Positions 45,256 to 56,183 of a stretch of 62,151 bases of DNA are shown here, piece after piece (within the stretch, counting starts at the first letter, position 1; every line of letters begins with the position of its first letter). Origin of the DNA: a virus (taxonomy: Duplodnaviria; Caudoviricetes). The position numbers and the translations under genes are program-made. Where the stretch lies: positions 1-62,151 of the IMG/VR virus record IMGVR_UViG_3300049203_000084; one strand, written 5' to 3'. The notes under the pieces are model-generated. The model made no database searches. It was given only the letters and a program-made list of their open reading frames with translations, and was not told the origin of the DNA.

Positions 45256-48200
45256 TGCTGCTCCTCAGTGGCTGGATGTTGACCTGCTTGATGGTGCGCC
45301 CCGCGTGGCGGGCCTTCTCGTCCGCGATGGTGGCATCAGGCGGGAAGCTGGCGACGTACTCACCGATGGTGGTGTGGGGCACCGCGCTGCCCGAGACCCG
45401 CGAGTGCGACTGCGAGGCCGAGGTGATGCGGTAGTTCCGCTTGCCGTCAGTGAACCGTGTGCCTGCGGGGTACTGCCCGAAGCGGGACGGGGTGTAGAAG
45501 TCGTTGGGCAGCTCGAACGTCACATCGGCCATCGCCGCGCTGTACTCGGACGCCATTGCAGCTGCGGTGTCGTAGGTCTCCATCGCCCCTGCCATGAAGG
45601 GTGACTCGAAGACCGAATCGAAGCCTTCCTTGGCGTTGGTGGCCCCCGTGCCGACGTGGACTTCCTTGGGATCGTTCAGGATGCCCGAGCCGGAGACGTA
45701 GAGCGCCGGACGGTCACCCTCACCCTCGGAGATGCGGTAGGGAGCGCGCACCGTGTCGATGGTGGGGGCAATGATCTTGATGGCGATTTCCCCGGCCTTG
45801 CCGGTCAGGGAGACCTCGACCTTGCCGCCGTTGTCGTTCCACCACTCGGGCGCGATGATGTAGCCGTCCGCGCCGGTCACAACGTACTGTCCAGCGCCCG
45901 TGGTGTACGGGAACGGCCAGATGCCCGTCACCGGGACAGGCTGGACCAGCGAGAGGATCGAGTGGCCGGTCTCCACTGTGGTCTCGAAGACCTCGCGGGC
46001 AGCCACCTGGAACACCGAGTCGGCGCGCCAGAGCACGGCGTCGTTGGTGGTGACGGCCTTGGACTGCTGATTGACGATGGCCACCTGCTTGTACTTCTCG
46101 CGGCGCTCGGAGTCCCGGCTGAACTTGCTGAAGGTGCCACGCGGTGCGGACAGCGAGGCGATGCGCGGGGTGACCGTCAGCTTGGAGTCCAGGAAGGACA
46201 CGTCCTGCCGGGTGATGGCGCAGTATTCGTTCAGGAGCGCCCAGACGTTGCCGTCGAAGCCGGACACGAAACCGAACTCCTTGGCCGTGGCGCTCAGAGC
46301 CTTCTGGACAACCGGCAGGTCCACCGGGTGTGCCTCGGTCACCGTCAGGTAGGTGCCCCAGCGCAGCATCTCGTCCCCGGAGCCTCCTGCCGAGACGTGG
46401 GTGATGCTGGTCAGGTGCAGCACCGAGGGCATGGCGTAGCTGGCGGCAGTCGCAGCCCCGAGGTAGGCCAGCGCGCCGCTGCCCGCCAGATCGTCCGTGT
46501 GGACAATCAGCTTGCCCACCACGGCGGTGTCCGAGGCCCGCTCGATGGAGAACGTGATGCGGTAGTTGCCGTCAGCAGCCACCGAGGTGGAGTCCACCGG
46601 CACACCACCGAGGCTCGCCGTGATGAGCCCAGCCGACGTTGCCGCGACGGAGACCGCATAGGTGGTGTCCTTGGCGTCGATCATGTTCCAGGTCACGGTC
46701 GAGGTGCGCCCGGTGCCGCGCAGGCCAAGGCCGATGCTGGCCACAAGCTTGCGCTGCCGGGGGACGCTCACGGGCACGGTGCCCTCGGGCAGTTCGTGCA
46801 ATGCCGTGGTTCCGGTGACAGCGGAACCGAGGGTTTTCACCGAACGGCCATTTAGCACAGCTGTGCTGGTTGCGCCGTTGGCCTTCTCGTAGAACCGGGC
46901 CGTGGTGCTTGCGCCGTAGGAATCGACATGGCCGAAGCCGGAGGCGTAGGCGATGCAGTCACCGGGCACCTTGTCGTAGAACAGGCCACACTGCTGGCTC
47001 CAGTAGTCGATGGCCCGTGCAGCCGTCCAGACGCTCGGGGCCGCGTCGATGAACGGGAACAGGTTGCGCTCGGTGTTCAGCAGGGTCAGCGCCGTGTCCT
47101 GCGAGACGCTGGCAACGTCCGAGCCCTCGGGCAGGGACAGCCGGACAATCTCACCCTCGTAGGTGCCCACGGTGCCGTGGGAGAGCGTGTTGGTCTCACC
47201 CAGAGCGAACTCAGGATCAACGCCCTTGATGTAGCCCGCGTTGACGCTCGGAGCAGCGCCGGAGCCCTCGGCAGGGTTCAGCGGCACGGCTGAGGTGGAG
47301 ACGCTGAAGCTGACCAGCTTGCCCAGCGGGGTGCTGCCCAGTTCGGCAGGGGGAGCCGTGTAGAACAGCTCGGAGTACAGGACACCCTCAGCTGCGAAGC
47401 TGGAGGTGATGTTGTTGCCGTAGACCAGTTCCGAGGTCAAGGTGCCTGTGGCCGAGAACTCGGACGCGATGGTGCGCTCGTAGTCGAGTTCCGAGGTCAG
47501 CGTGCCGGAGGCGCTGAAGGCGCTGTCGATGCGCTTGGTGTAGGCAAGGCTGGCTGACAGTGTGCCCGAGCCACTGAATGCGGACGCGATGACGTTGCCG
47601 CCCCCAGCCACCTCAGTTGACTTTGAGGCGTGGGGAGTGCCGGTCCAGGCGTGGGTCATCCCGCTGGTGAGGGTGTCCCCATCGAAGTAGGTGCCTGCGC
47701 TGCTGGCCTGCTCCAGCAGGAAGCCATCGAAGTAGTGAACCTCGCCCACAGCAGAGGCAGTAACCACGCGCACCTTGACAGCGGCAAAGGCCGCATTGGC
47801 AGGCGCTGTGGCTGTGGTGGTCTCGCGGGTCCACTCAGTCGTGCTGTTGAGGGTATCGCCTTGGGAGCTGGAGCTGATGGAAGCACCGGCAGCGTCGTAC
47901 CAGTGCAGCGCGGAACGGATGTTCCGGGCCGTGGTGGCGGCACGGGTGTAGAGGGACACCGTATAGGCCTTGCCGCCGACAACGGGGAATCCGTTCGTGC
48001 CGGTTGGTGTGGTGGCTTCAACCGAGGTGGTGGTGCCGGAGGTGAACTTGTAGGACTCGGTGCCAACCCATGCCTGCTCGGTGGTGCGCTCGACCGTGAG
48101 CGTTCCGATGCTGGTGGTCCAGGTAATACCCACGCCTTCAGCGGACGGGTGGGTGAACAGGTTGGTCCTCGGCACACTGAGGGTGGAGGAGAGGGTGCCG

Positions 48201-49615
48201 CTGGCCGAGAGCGCAGACTGGATGTGGCGGGTCAGCGAGGCTGACAGCGTGCCCGTACCGCTGAAACTGGACGTGATGAAGCGCCCCAGCACGGAAGTCA
48301 GCGTGCCGCTGCCCGACAGTGCGGAGCTGATGCGCTTGGTGTAGGCCAGCGTGGAAGTGAGTGTGCCTTCACTGGAGAACGTCGAGCTGATCGCATTACC
48401 GACTGTCTCCGTGCCAACCACCATTCGCACAATGGGGTGGGCCGTGCTGCTCGCCCGGTAGGTGCTGAAGTAATGGCTCTCGGAGGTTGCGGGAATCCGG
48501 TAGACGCGGGAGGCCTGACGGTTGGTGGTCATCACCAGATCGTCAGAGTTCACCCAGCCTGTGGCCGGGTTGGGGTCTTTGAAGGTGTTCGCAGAGGATT
48601 CGGCGTAGCCGGAGCCAATGAAAATCTGGCCCGGTCCAGCGGTCATGGCGGTGCTTACAAGTGTGTCAGCAGCAGCATTGTCCACTCCGCCGACATACAC
48701 GTCGGTAGTTCCCCGGACGTGCCAAAGGTTCAGGTATTTAAATCCGCCAGAAGACCCTGCGATTTGAGTGGCGGTAACAGTTCCAGCGGTTGTCGCGCCT
48801 GTACCTATCCAGAGGTCCAGCACCCCAATGGAGTCCTTGCCCACACGGGTCCATGTCGCACCAAGGCCTCCAAGTGAGTGGTTACCATTGATCTGGTTGC
48901 TGGTCACCAGCGCGGCAACAACGTCACCGGAAACAATGGCATTGGACAGCGTGGAGCTAACCGTGGTTGCGTCAGAGGCAACCTTAGTGCCGTTGACAAC
49001 TTCTACTACTGCGGGGGTTGAGGTATCTGGAGTCTCGGCAGAGGTCGAGGCGTGGGCAGTCCCGGTCCAGGCGTAAGTGAACCCGGCAGCTGTGCTTGAA
49101 CCGTCGAAGTAGTTTCCGAGTGTTCCGCCCAGTTCCGCAAGAGCGCTATCAAGGTAGAACTCATTGTTGGCAGCGGTGGACGTAACCCGAGCGCCAAAGC
49201 CGAACTGGGTGGCGCTGGCAGGAGCCGTTGCTGTCAGCGTGATGCGTTGCCATGTACTACTTACGCTGACGGCAGAGCCACTGGAGGAAGACAGGAAGCT
49301 ACCCGAAGATGCCTGCCAAAAAATCATCGGGAAGACATCCATCGCGCCAGTACCCTGGCGGACGTACATGGAAACTGTAACGCTCTGTCCCGCTGTTACG
49401 GCCATGCTGTTCCCAGTTGCGCCACCTGCGCTGCTGGTTCCGAATGTGGTTGTCAGCCTGCCCGAGGCAGTGGTCTTTGTAACGCGTAGGGACTGGGAAC
49501 CTCTGTATGCCTGTGCGGTGGAGGTGGCAATAGCGTTGCTGCCATCGTAGGCCAACCAGCCTGTGGTTCCTGTTTCAAGGGAAGGGTTGGTGCAGAGGTT
49601 CGTGCGTGTTGTCAC
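45248..49615 (-). CDS. Large tail protein: carbohydrate-binding-like modules and repeats fused to a baseplate-hub-like region
   Basis: 1455 aa; two RTNL..(N/H)PS.E...YFDG..WTGT.HAS modules; eight Sx(F/L)SxxGTLxSxL-type repeats. Confidence 0.8.
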   Translation of the reverse strand: MTTRTNLCTNPSLETGTTGWLAYDGSNAIATSTAQAYRGSQSLRVTKTTASGRLTTTFGTSSAGGATGNSMAVTAGQSVTVSMYVRQGTGAMDVFPMIFWQASSGSFLSSSSGSAVSVSSTWQRITLTATAPASATQFGFGARVTSTAANNEFYLDSALAELGGTLGNYFDGSSTAAGFTYAWTGTAHASTSAETPDTSTPAVVEVVNGTKVASDATTVSSTLSNAIVSGDVVAALVTSNQINGNHSLGGLGATWTRVGKDSIGVLDLWIGTGATTAGTVTATQIAGSSGGFKYLNLWHVRGTTDVYVGGVDNAAADTLVSTAMTAGPGQIFIGSGYAESSANTFKDPNPATGWVNSDDLVMTTNRQASRVYRIPATSESHYFSTYRASSTAHPIVRMVVGTETVGNAISSTFSSEGTLTSTLAYTKRISSALSGSGTLTSVLGRFITSSFSGTGTLSASLTRHIQSALSASGTLSSTLSVPRTNLFTHPSAEGVGITWTTSIGTLTVERTTEQAWVGTESYKFTSGTTTSVEATTPTGTNGFPVVGGKAYTVSLYTRAATTARNIRSALHWYDAAGASISSSSQGDTLNSTTEWTRETTTATAPANAAFAAVKVRVVTASAVGEVHYFDGFLLEQASSAGTYFDGDTLTSGMTHAWTGTPHASKSTEVAGGGNVIASAFSGSGTLSASLAYTKRIDSAFSASGTLTSELDYERTIASEFSATGTLTSELVYGNNITSSFAAEGVLYSELFYTAPPAELGSTPLGKLVSFSVSTSAVPLNPAEGSGAAPSVNAGYIKGVDPEFALGETNTLSHGTVGTYEGEIVRLSLPEGSDVASVSQDTALTLLNTERNLFPFIDAAPSVWTAARAIDYWSQQCGLFYDKVPGDCIAYASGFGHVDSYGASTTARFYEKANGATSTAVLNGRSVKTLGSAVTGTTALHELPEGTVPVSVPRQRKLVASIGLGLRGTGRTSTVTWNMIDAKDTTYAVSVAATSAGLITASLGGVPVDSTSVAADGNYRITFSIERASDTAVVGKLIVHTDDLAGSGALAYLGAATAASYAMPSVLHLTSITHVSAGGSGDEMLRWGTYLTVTEAHPVDLPVVQKALSATAKEFGFVSGFDGNVWALLNEYCAITRQDVSFLDSKLTVTPRIASLSAPRGTFSKFSRDSERREKYKQVAIVNQQSKAVTTNDAVLWRADSVFQVAAREVFETTVETGHSILSLVQPVPVTGIWPFPYTTGAGQYVVTGADGYIIAPEWWNDNGGKVEVSLTGKAGEIAIKIIAPTIDTVRAPYRISEGEGDRPALYVSGSGILNDPKEVHVGTGATNAKEGFDSVFESPFMAGAMETYDTAAAMASEYSAAMADVTFELPNDFYTPSRFGQYPAGTRFTDGKRNYRITSASQSHSRVSGSAVPHTTIGEYVASFPPDATIADEKARHAGRTIKQVNIQPLRSSNA

Positions 49616-49689
49616 CGTCGTGTGGTTCCTCTCTGGATACGACTGTGGCGGGGCATAGTTACCCCGCCACGACTAGCTCAGGGAGAGGC

Positions 49690-50031
49690 TTAGGTGAGGG
49701 TGAAGGTGAAGGTGACAGTCACAGTGTCCTGCCCGGAGAAGGTCACTGAGGTCACGGAGTTGCCATCGAGGTAAGTGCCAGCCGTGGCTGCGTCGAACAC
49801 GGCAGTGCCGACAACGGTGCAGGCAGGAACATCGAACGTGGCAGAGGCGGTGATGACACCGTTGGACGGCGCGCTCCAGGTCAGGGCCTTGCGGGCGTAG
49901 GCGGGCGAGCCTCCCGTGACCTCGGTGTAGGTCGAGGGAGCCGTGAAGGCAGTGAGCAGTGCGCCGTAGGTGGCATCGGTGCCGTACTCGACGGCGAGGC
50001 TGTTCTTCTGCGTGGCGGTCTGAATTGCCAT
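49690..50031 (-). CDS. Small minor tail/fibre protein
   Basis: EVTGGSPAYARKALTW..FDAATAGTYL pattern. Confidence 0.7.
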   Translation of the reverse strand: MAIQTATQKNSLAVEYGTDATYGALLTAFTAPSTYTEVTGGSPAYARKALTWSAPSNGVITASATFDVPACTVVGTAVFDAATAGTYLDGNSVTSVTFSGQDTVTVTFTFTLT

Positions 50032-50049
50032 GAAATTCTCCTAGTCGGT

Positions 50050-50877
50050 CTATTCGACCTCTACGAGGTCCAGCGATAGCCCAATTCTATCAAACCTCTT
50101 TGTTACGATATTTCCGCTCAAAGAACTAGTAAAGGACACAGCTCCGACGCCCAGACCGGGCTTGCGGGTATTGTCCCCGGACACCGTGGACAAATTGATG
50201 TGGTCCAAAGTCAGGCTGGAGCCGGAGGGAACATTCAGCTGCAATTTGATTGCAGAATAGGTGTTGGCAATTCCCTCGGCGGCAGAAACAATTTCCACCT
50301 GAGCGGGGCTTGCTCCCGGCACACAAGCCACCGGGGAGGTCCAGACTCCCGTGCTCGCGTTGAGCAGGGAGACCATCACGGCACCGCTGCCCGTGCGCGA
50401 GCCCCACAGGTGTAGGTACGCAGGCTCACCGGGAACCGTCGCCACCATCTGGGAGATGCCTGCAGCCGGGAACTGTCCGAGGTTGGTGAAGGTCACCTGC
50501 TCCCCGGCCAATGCAGATGCACTCGCCTCGACCACCGGCACACACCAAGTGTCGGCCACGTAGCCGAGCATGTAGGCCGAGGCCCAGCGGGTGGGCAGCA
50601 GGTTCCCTGCCGTGTAGTTGAAGTCCAGCAGGTAGTACGGACCCTTGCCGTAGACGCCGTTGTAGATGTCCACGAGGTTCTGCAGGTCCGGCGTCCCACC
50701 CTTGTACTGGAGCTTGTAGCGCCGGAACGGGGTGGGAGCCTCGTAGACGTGCGTGCCGCCCGAGAGCAGTTCGGTCTCCTCGGTGCGCCGGGTGGTGTCC
50801 CAGCCCATGTCGGCCTCGGGGTAAGGAACCGGAAGCATCCTGCCGATGGGGCCGAACAGCATGGTCTTGGTGGTCAT
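50050..50877 (-). CDS. Minor tail protein (distal-tail position)
   Basis: Immediately after the tape measure gene. Confidence 0.7.
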   Translation of the reverse strand: MTTKTMLFGPIGRMLPVPYPEADMGWDTTRRTEETELLSGGTHVYEAPTPFRRYKLQYKGGTPDLQNLVDIYNGVYGKGPYYLLDFNYTAGNLLPTRWASAYMLGYVADTWCVPVVEASASALAGEQVTFTNLGQFPAAGISQMVATVPGEPAYLHLWGSRTGSGAVMVSLLNASTGVWTSPVACVPGASPAQVEIVSAAEGIANTYSAIKLQLNVPSGSSLTLDHINLSTVSGDNTRKPGLGVGAVSFTSSLSGNIVTKRFDRIGLSLDLVEVE

Positions 50878-53800
50878 GAGCGGTGTCCTTCTGCAGCAAG
50901 TTGCCGGTTTCCGTCGTTGGCGGCTTGGGCAATGAGGCGGTTTTCGGTGAACAGCTTGATGTCGGTCCTGAACGCTTCCGCGAGGAACGCCAGGGTCTCC
51001 GCGTCCAGCCCCACGACGGAGGAGGCCGCAGCGCCAGCGCCGCCACGGGAGCCCGAGACCGAGCCGCCCATGTTGAACTTGGGCATGGACATGGTGCGAA
51101 TGGCTTCCATCGCGTCGGGGCCGTAGTAGTCCACGGCTTCCTGCGGCTGGATGAACTCGCGCGAGCGGACCCGGATGAAGCCCTGCCCGTCCACCTTGGC
51201 CAGCATGTTGTCCACTTTGGGGTTGGACGGCGGGGTGCCGGGGATCATGCCGCCCGAGGCGTAGCCCGGAATCTGGTAGTCGCCGGACACGCCACGGTTG
51301 ACCCGCTCGACGGTGCCGTCAGGCATCGTGATGTCAGACCATGCCTCACCGTTGCCCTGGTAGGACTTGGTGACCACAATCTCCAGCGGGATTTGCGCGG
51401 GCAGGCCCGCCAGGGCGTCACCGAACGCGGCAATCTCCTGCTGGGCAGCCTCGGTGTCGGCGTCCACCTCGACCGGGACGTAGCGGGGCACCCGGTTGAT
51501 GGTGTCGATGTAGCGGCCCATGTCGCCCGTGAGCCCTTGTACGGCAGCCATGTTGAAGCCGATCTGCCCCACGTCGGTCTGGAACTGGGCCGTCAGGCCC
51601 TGTGCGTAGCGTCGGACTTCCTCGGTGCTGTGACCCTGTGCCGCGTAGGCGGCAACCATGTCGATCATCTTGACTTCAAGGTTGCGCAGTGCCTCGCGGT
51701 TGGCGATGGCCGCGTCAGAGTAGCCCGTGAGCAGACCAATGCCGTTCTGGATCGTGGTGGCCTCCTTGTTGGCCACGTCGATTTCCTTCTGCTTGGCAGC
51801 AGCGTTGGTCAGGGCTTCCCGAGCCTGCTGGCCGTAGTCGGCAGCACGGTCCACCTCGCCGTACTTGATCGAGATGTTCTGCTCGATCTTGGCCTTGTTG
51901 GCAGAGATGAGTTCCTTGTCGCGCTCATCGTTCAGCTCCCGGACCTTATCGCGCAGCTCCTCGACCTGCTTGATTTCGTCCTCGCGCTTCTTGTTGATCG
52001 CGTTCAGGGCAGAGTGGTACTCGTCCGTGGCCTTGGTCAGCCCGTACTGCTGGTTGTAGGCGCTCATCATCGCGGTCTTCAGGCGGTTGCCGTAGTCCTC
52101 GGCATCCTTCACCGCGTCGTCAATGCCGTCCGCGATGTCCTTGGCTGCCTGCTTGGCCTGCTTGCCGGTCTTGGCAGCCGCGTCCCCGGCCTTCTTGTAG
52201 CCGTCTGCGAGGCCCTTCAGCGGGGCAGGGTTGATCTGGGGTGCCCGGACCTGCACCGGAGCCTTGGCGGGCGCAGGAGCCACCGTGCGGGTGCTGATCT
52301 GGCCGTACTGCGCCTTCTGGGCAGGGGACATCGAGCCCTCGCCGTCAGCGAGGCCGATGCCGCCGTTCATCTGGGTCTGGAGGCGGGACAGCTCGGTGCG
52401 GGCGTAGGCCACAAAGTTCTGCACGTTCGTGATGGCAGCCGAGGTGTCAGCGTCCACCGGAGCGGTGTAGGTGTTGTTGGTGATGGCCAGCAGGAGGGCT
52501 TCGACCTCGCGCGCCTTCTCGTGTGCCGGATCGGTCAGCGCGTCCATGACCACGGCGTGGGGCAGGCCGGTGATCTGGGAGATGTTCTCGGCCAGCACCG
52601 CCAGCTCCATACGCACTTCCTGCGTATCGGCACCGACGCTGAGCATGGGGATGTTGCCGTTGAAGTAGCCCTGCACGAGGTTCCAGGCGTTGACGGACTC
52701 GACCTGGACGGCAGCCTGATCCACCTGCACCGGCACACTCACAGGCTTGCCGCCGATGATGGCCTCGTACTTGGCTCGGGTCTGTTCAGCCAGCTGCTCG
52801 ACGTAGGAGGTGTCTCCTCCGAAGGCCTTGATTTCGTTGACCAGTCCGGCCACGAAATCCGCGTAGCCCTGAGCAGCATCCTGCGCGCTGATCTGGTTGC
52901 TCTGCATCAGCTGGGTGTAGTAGTCCCGAGCCTTGGAGAGCGCATCCTGGAAGTTCTGGATGTTCTCGCGTCCGCCCTCGGACAGGGGGGAGTAGGACTG
53001 TGAGGCGTGCAGCCCTTCACCGATCTTGGAGAGGGCGTCCTGCAGCGCGGCCTCGTTGTTGATCGTGCCGAAGACCTCATCGTTCAGAGCCTTCAGGGCA
53101 TCCGTCATCTCGTCAATGTCGGAGGCGGTCTCCTCGAAGCCGTCCCCGGCGTCGGTCCCGGCCACACCCAGCTTGTTCAAGGCTGTGGTGGTGGTCTCCG
53201 TGGTCTTCTGGGCGTCCTTGGCCTGGGTGTCGTACTCGTTGACGACGTTCTTCAGGAAGGCGATTTTGCGGGCGTCGGCTGAGATGTTGTTCTCAATGAA
53301 ATCGTCAGCGTTCTTGTAGCCCTTGGACTGGGAGTATTTGTCCAGCTCGGCGTTGAAGGCCTTCATGCCAGCCTCACCCTTGGCGAGGGCAGCCACGATG
53401 ACATCGAACTCGACACCCACAGCCTTGCCGATTTCCTGAACGTTCTTGTCCAGATCGGTGAAGCCCAGTGTGCCATCGAGCAGGGTGACCTTGCGCTCGG
53501 CCAGCTTGTCAGCCACGGCCCGTGCTCCGGCGTCAGCACCCTGTGCCAGACCCTCAGCGATGGCCTTGCCAGCCTGCTCTGCCTCGATGCCAGCGTTGAT
53601 GAGCCCGCCCGTCAGCAGGGCGAGGGCACCGATGGCGATACCGATGGGTCCACCGGCCAGCCCGAGCAGCGCGGAGGCAGTGCCCTTGATGCCGCCCGTA
53701 GCCTTGCCGGTGGCGGTGTTGAGCACACCAAAGGAGCCCGCCGCGCCGGAGCGCAGCTGGGCCGAGGTGGTGGAGGAGGCAATCAGCAGCGCGCGGGTAG

Positions 53801-55607
53801 CGCCCACCTGCGCGAGCAGGGCGCGGGACTGCTGATCGGTGGCACCCTTGGCGATGAGCATGGTCTGGGCCAGCGTGCGCATCATGTTGCCCAGCTGGAG
53901 CCCGCCGCCCATGCCACGGTTGGCAGCCTGCTGGAAGCCGATCATGCCAGCCATGACAAATGCCTGCGCTGCCTTGAAGCCGAGGAACAGCGCGGTGACT
54001 GTGGCAATGCCCATCAGGATCGAGATGAGGTGGCCGAGCATCGGCACCTTGTCGGTCAGGGAGTCCAGCCCGATGGCGAAGTTGGTGGCCATATCGACCA
54101 GCACACCGATGGGCGCGAGGGCTCCGGCACCGAGAGTGTCCCCGAGGTTCTTCCAGGCGTTGGCCATCTTGGTCAGCTTGGCTTCCAGGGTCTCGAAGAC
54201 CGGGGCCGACATCTTGGACAGGGCGGTGCCCTCTTTGAAGCCGACGTTGGCCTCGTCCATTGAGGTCTTCAGCACCTCGTTGCCGACAGCGAGCTTGGTC
54301 ATGGCGTCGGAGACGCGCAGTTCCTTGATTCCGAGGTCATCGAGGGTGGTTGTCAGCTCGCCGTTCTTGGCCAGCGTGGCGTTCAGACCGGCGATGAGGT
54401 CTGTGAAGAACTTGGAGGAGTCGGTCTTCCACAGGTTGGCCGCAGCCTCACCCGTGATGCCCATGACCTTGCCGTACTCGGCCAGCCGGGGTGAGCCCTC
54501 GGCCACGTCACGGTTGATGTTGGCGAACACCTTGGTCAGCGCGCCTCGGGCCAGTTCAGGCCGGACGCGGACGGAGGCGAGGGCTGCGGACAGGCCGGTC
54601 ATCTCGGACGCGCTCATCCCGGCAGCGGCACCGAGGGGGCCGATCTGGTTGAGCATGGCAGCGATTTCGGGGTCTGTGGCAACCGTGGCCGCGCCCACCT
54701 GAGCGATGGAGGAACCGATGCGCTCGAAGAAGTCCGGGTACTTCTGCACGTCTGAGGTGAAGGAGGTCTCCAGCCGTCCGAACAGGGTGGCAGCGGTGTC
54801 AGCCGAGATGCCGGTGACAGCCATGAACTTGGCCGTGGTCTCGGTGAAGGAGGCCAGCTTGTCGTCCACGACACCCATCTGGGCACCGAGCTGGGTGATG
54901 CGGGACAGCTCACCGAAGGCCACCGGGATTTCCGTGGCGAGGTCTTTGAGCGAATCCTTCATGGACTGCGCGGCGTCGGTGCCAGCAGCGGTGCCATCGT
55001 TGAAGGAGTCGTTGACGCGGATGACCTGAGCGAAGTCCTTCTGGTACGCAGCCGAGACGGCAGCGGTGGCAGCCGGGATCGCCAGGAGCCCAGCCGACAG
55101 CACACCATAGGTGGCTCCCACGTCGTACATGAGGTAGCGGCTGTTGGAGAGCGAATCGTGCATCTCCATCTGGGACCGGGCAGCGCGCTGCGTGGCTGCT
55201 GCTGCGCGGTCAGTGATGGCAGCACGGCGGGCCTCGGACTCAGCGGCACGGGCAGAGGCAGCAGCACCCTGCGCCGTGGCGCGGGCAGCCTGTGCCTCCT
55301 GGTTGGCCTTGCGCGCCAGCGTCTCGGCCACCTTGGCGTCGGCGGTGTTGCGGATGCCTGCGGCGCGGGCGGCAGCGATGTCAGCCTGTGCGGTGGCCTT
55401 GGTGGCTTCGGCAGCCTTGCGCTGCTCGGCCACCAGCTTGGTGAACTGCTGGGCAATCAGGACAACGTTCTGCTTGTTGGCCTTGATGATGCCATCGAGC
55501 TGCTGGAGCGACTGCCCCGTGAGGTTTACTTCCTTGCGGAGGGCCTGAAGGCCAGCGGTAGCTTCCTTTGTCGAAATGTCTACCTTGGCGTCAAATGCAC
55601 CTGCCAC
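50874..55607 (-). CDS. Tape measure protein
   Basis: 1577 aa, Ala-rich helical, TP901-type core, TM segments, follows the tail chaperones. Confidence 0.95.
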   Translation of the reverse strand: MAGAFDAKVDISTKEATAGLQALRKEVNLTGQSLQQLDGIIKANKQNVVLIAQQFTKLVAEQRKAAEATKATAQADIAAARAAGIRNTADAKVAETLARKANQEAQAARATAQGAAASARAAESEARRAAITDRAAAATQRAARSQMEMHDSLSNSRYLMYDVGATYGVLSAGLLAIPAATAAVSAAYQKDFAQVIRVNDSFNDGTAAGTDAAQSMKDSLKDLATEIPVAFGELSRITQLGAQMGVVDDKLASFTETTAKFMAVTGISADTAATLFGRLETSFTSDVQKYPDFFERIGSSIAQVGAATVATDPEIAAMLNQIGPLGAAAGMSASEMTGLSAALASVRVRPELARGALTKVFANINRDVAEGSPRLAEYGKVMGITGEAAANLWKTDSSKFFTDLIAGLNATLAKNGELTTTLDDLGIKELRVSDAMTKLAVGNEVLKTSMDEANVGFKEGTALSKMSAPVFETLEAKLTKMANAWKNLGDTLGAGALAPIGVLVDMATNFAIGLDSLTDKVPMLGHLISILMGIATVTALFLGFKAAQAFVMAGMIGFQQAANRGMGGGLQLGNMMRTLAQTMLIAKGATDQQSRALLAQVGATRALLIASSTTSAQLRSGAAGSFGVLNTATGKATGGIKGTASALLGLAGGPIGIAIGALALLTGGLINAGIEAEQAGKAIAEGLAQGADAGARAVADKLAERKVTLLDGTLGFTDLDKNVQEIGKAVGVEFDVIVAALAKGEAGMKAFNAELDKYSQSKGYKNADDFIENNISADARKIAFLKNVVNEYDTQAKDAQKTTETTTTALNKLGVAGTDAGDGFEETASDIDEMTDALKALNDEVFGTINNEAALQDALSKIGEGLHASQSYSPLSEGGRENIQNFQDALSKARDYYTQLMQSNQISAQDAAQGYADFVAGLVNEIKAFGGDTSYVEQLAEQTRAKYEAIIGGKPVSVPVQVDQAAVQVESVNAWNLVQGYFNGNIPMLSVGADTQEVRMELAVLAENISQITGLPHAVVMDALTDPAHEKAREVEALLLAITNNTYTAPVDADTSAAITNVQNFVAYARTELSRLQTQMNGGIGLADGEGSMSPAQKAQYGQISTRTVAPAPAKAPVQVRAPQINPAPLKGLADGYKKAGDAAAKTGKQAKQAAKDIADGIDDAVKDAEDYGNRLKTAMMSAYNQQYGLTKATDEYHSALNAINKKREDEIKQVEELRDKVRELNDERDKELISANKAKIEQNISIKYGEVDRAADYGQQAREALTNAAAKQKEIDVANKEATTIQNGIGLLTGYSDAAIANREALRNLEVKMIDMVAAYAAQGHSTEEVRRYAQGLTAQFQTDVGQIGFNMAAVQGLTGDMGRYIDTINRVPRYVPVEVDADTEAAQQEIAAFGDALAGLPAQIPLEIVVTKSYQGNGEAWSDITMPDGTVERVNRGVSGDYQIPGYASGGMIPGTPPSNPKVDNMLAKVDGQGFIRVRSREFIQPQEAVDYYGPDAMEAIRTMSMPKFNMGGSVSGSRGGAGAAASSVVGLDAETLAFLAEAFRTDIKLFTENRLIAQAANDGNRQLAAEGHRS

Positions 55608-55724
55608 AATTCACCACCAATTTCCTGTAGATAATGACTACATTCTATCAGTCAGTGTTTTTCCGCTTCTGGGCAAAGAGAAATGCACTAACCCACTCAT
55701 AACGATGGATTAGTGCATTTCGCC

Positions 55725-56183
55725 CTACTCGCCGTCCTGCTTGGCTCGGCGTTTCATTTCCCGCTCATGTTCGAGCTGGTGTTCCCTCGCGGCCCGGACG
55801 AAATAGTCCGAGCGTGGGGGCAATTCCTCGAAGCCGTCCTCGGGCACCGCGTACACGACGTGGGACTCCCCGGCCTTCCTGTCCTTGTGGTCCGGCTCGT
55901 GCTCGTCCTTGTGCTGGCAGCCGTAGCAGGTGACGGTCTTCAGCTTGAAGCCAATGGCGCTGTTGGTGGAAAAGGCGTACCAGATCGGCACACCACAGCG
56001 GGGGCACTTCTCCTCCATCAGCGTCTGGACTGCGTGGGCGAAGTTGTAATCAGCCGGGTGGGGCTTCTTGGGGTTCTTGGCTCCCCGGATGACCGCTGTG
56101 GGTGACCAGCCCCACTCCTTGGCCGTCAGAACCATCTGGACATAGTGACGGTTCTGGGGCCACGTCAGTGCTTCGGTAAAAAA
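55725..56183 (-). CDS. Tail assembly chaperone, -1 frameshift extension (gpGT-like)
   Basis: Slippery T-TTT-TTA at 56177-56183; the -1 frame is open (FTEALTWPQNRHYVQMVLTAK...) into ORF 55725-56135. Confidence 0.8.
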   Translation of the reverse strand, partial: FFTEALTWPQNRHYVQMVLTAKEWGWSPTAVIRGAKNPKKPHPADYNFAHAVQTLMEEKCPRCGVPIWYAFSTNSAIGFKLKTVTCYGCQHKDEHEPDHKDRKAGESHVVYAVPEDGFEELPPRSDYFVRAAREHQLEHEREMKRRAKQDGE

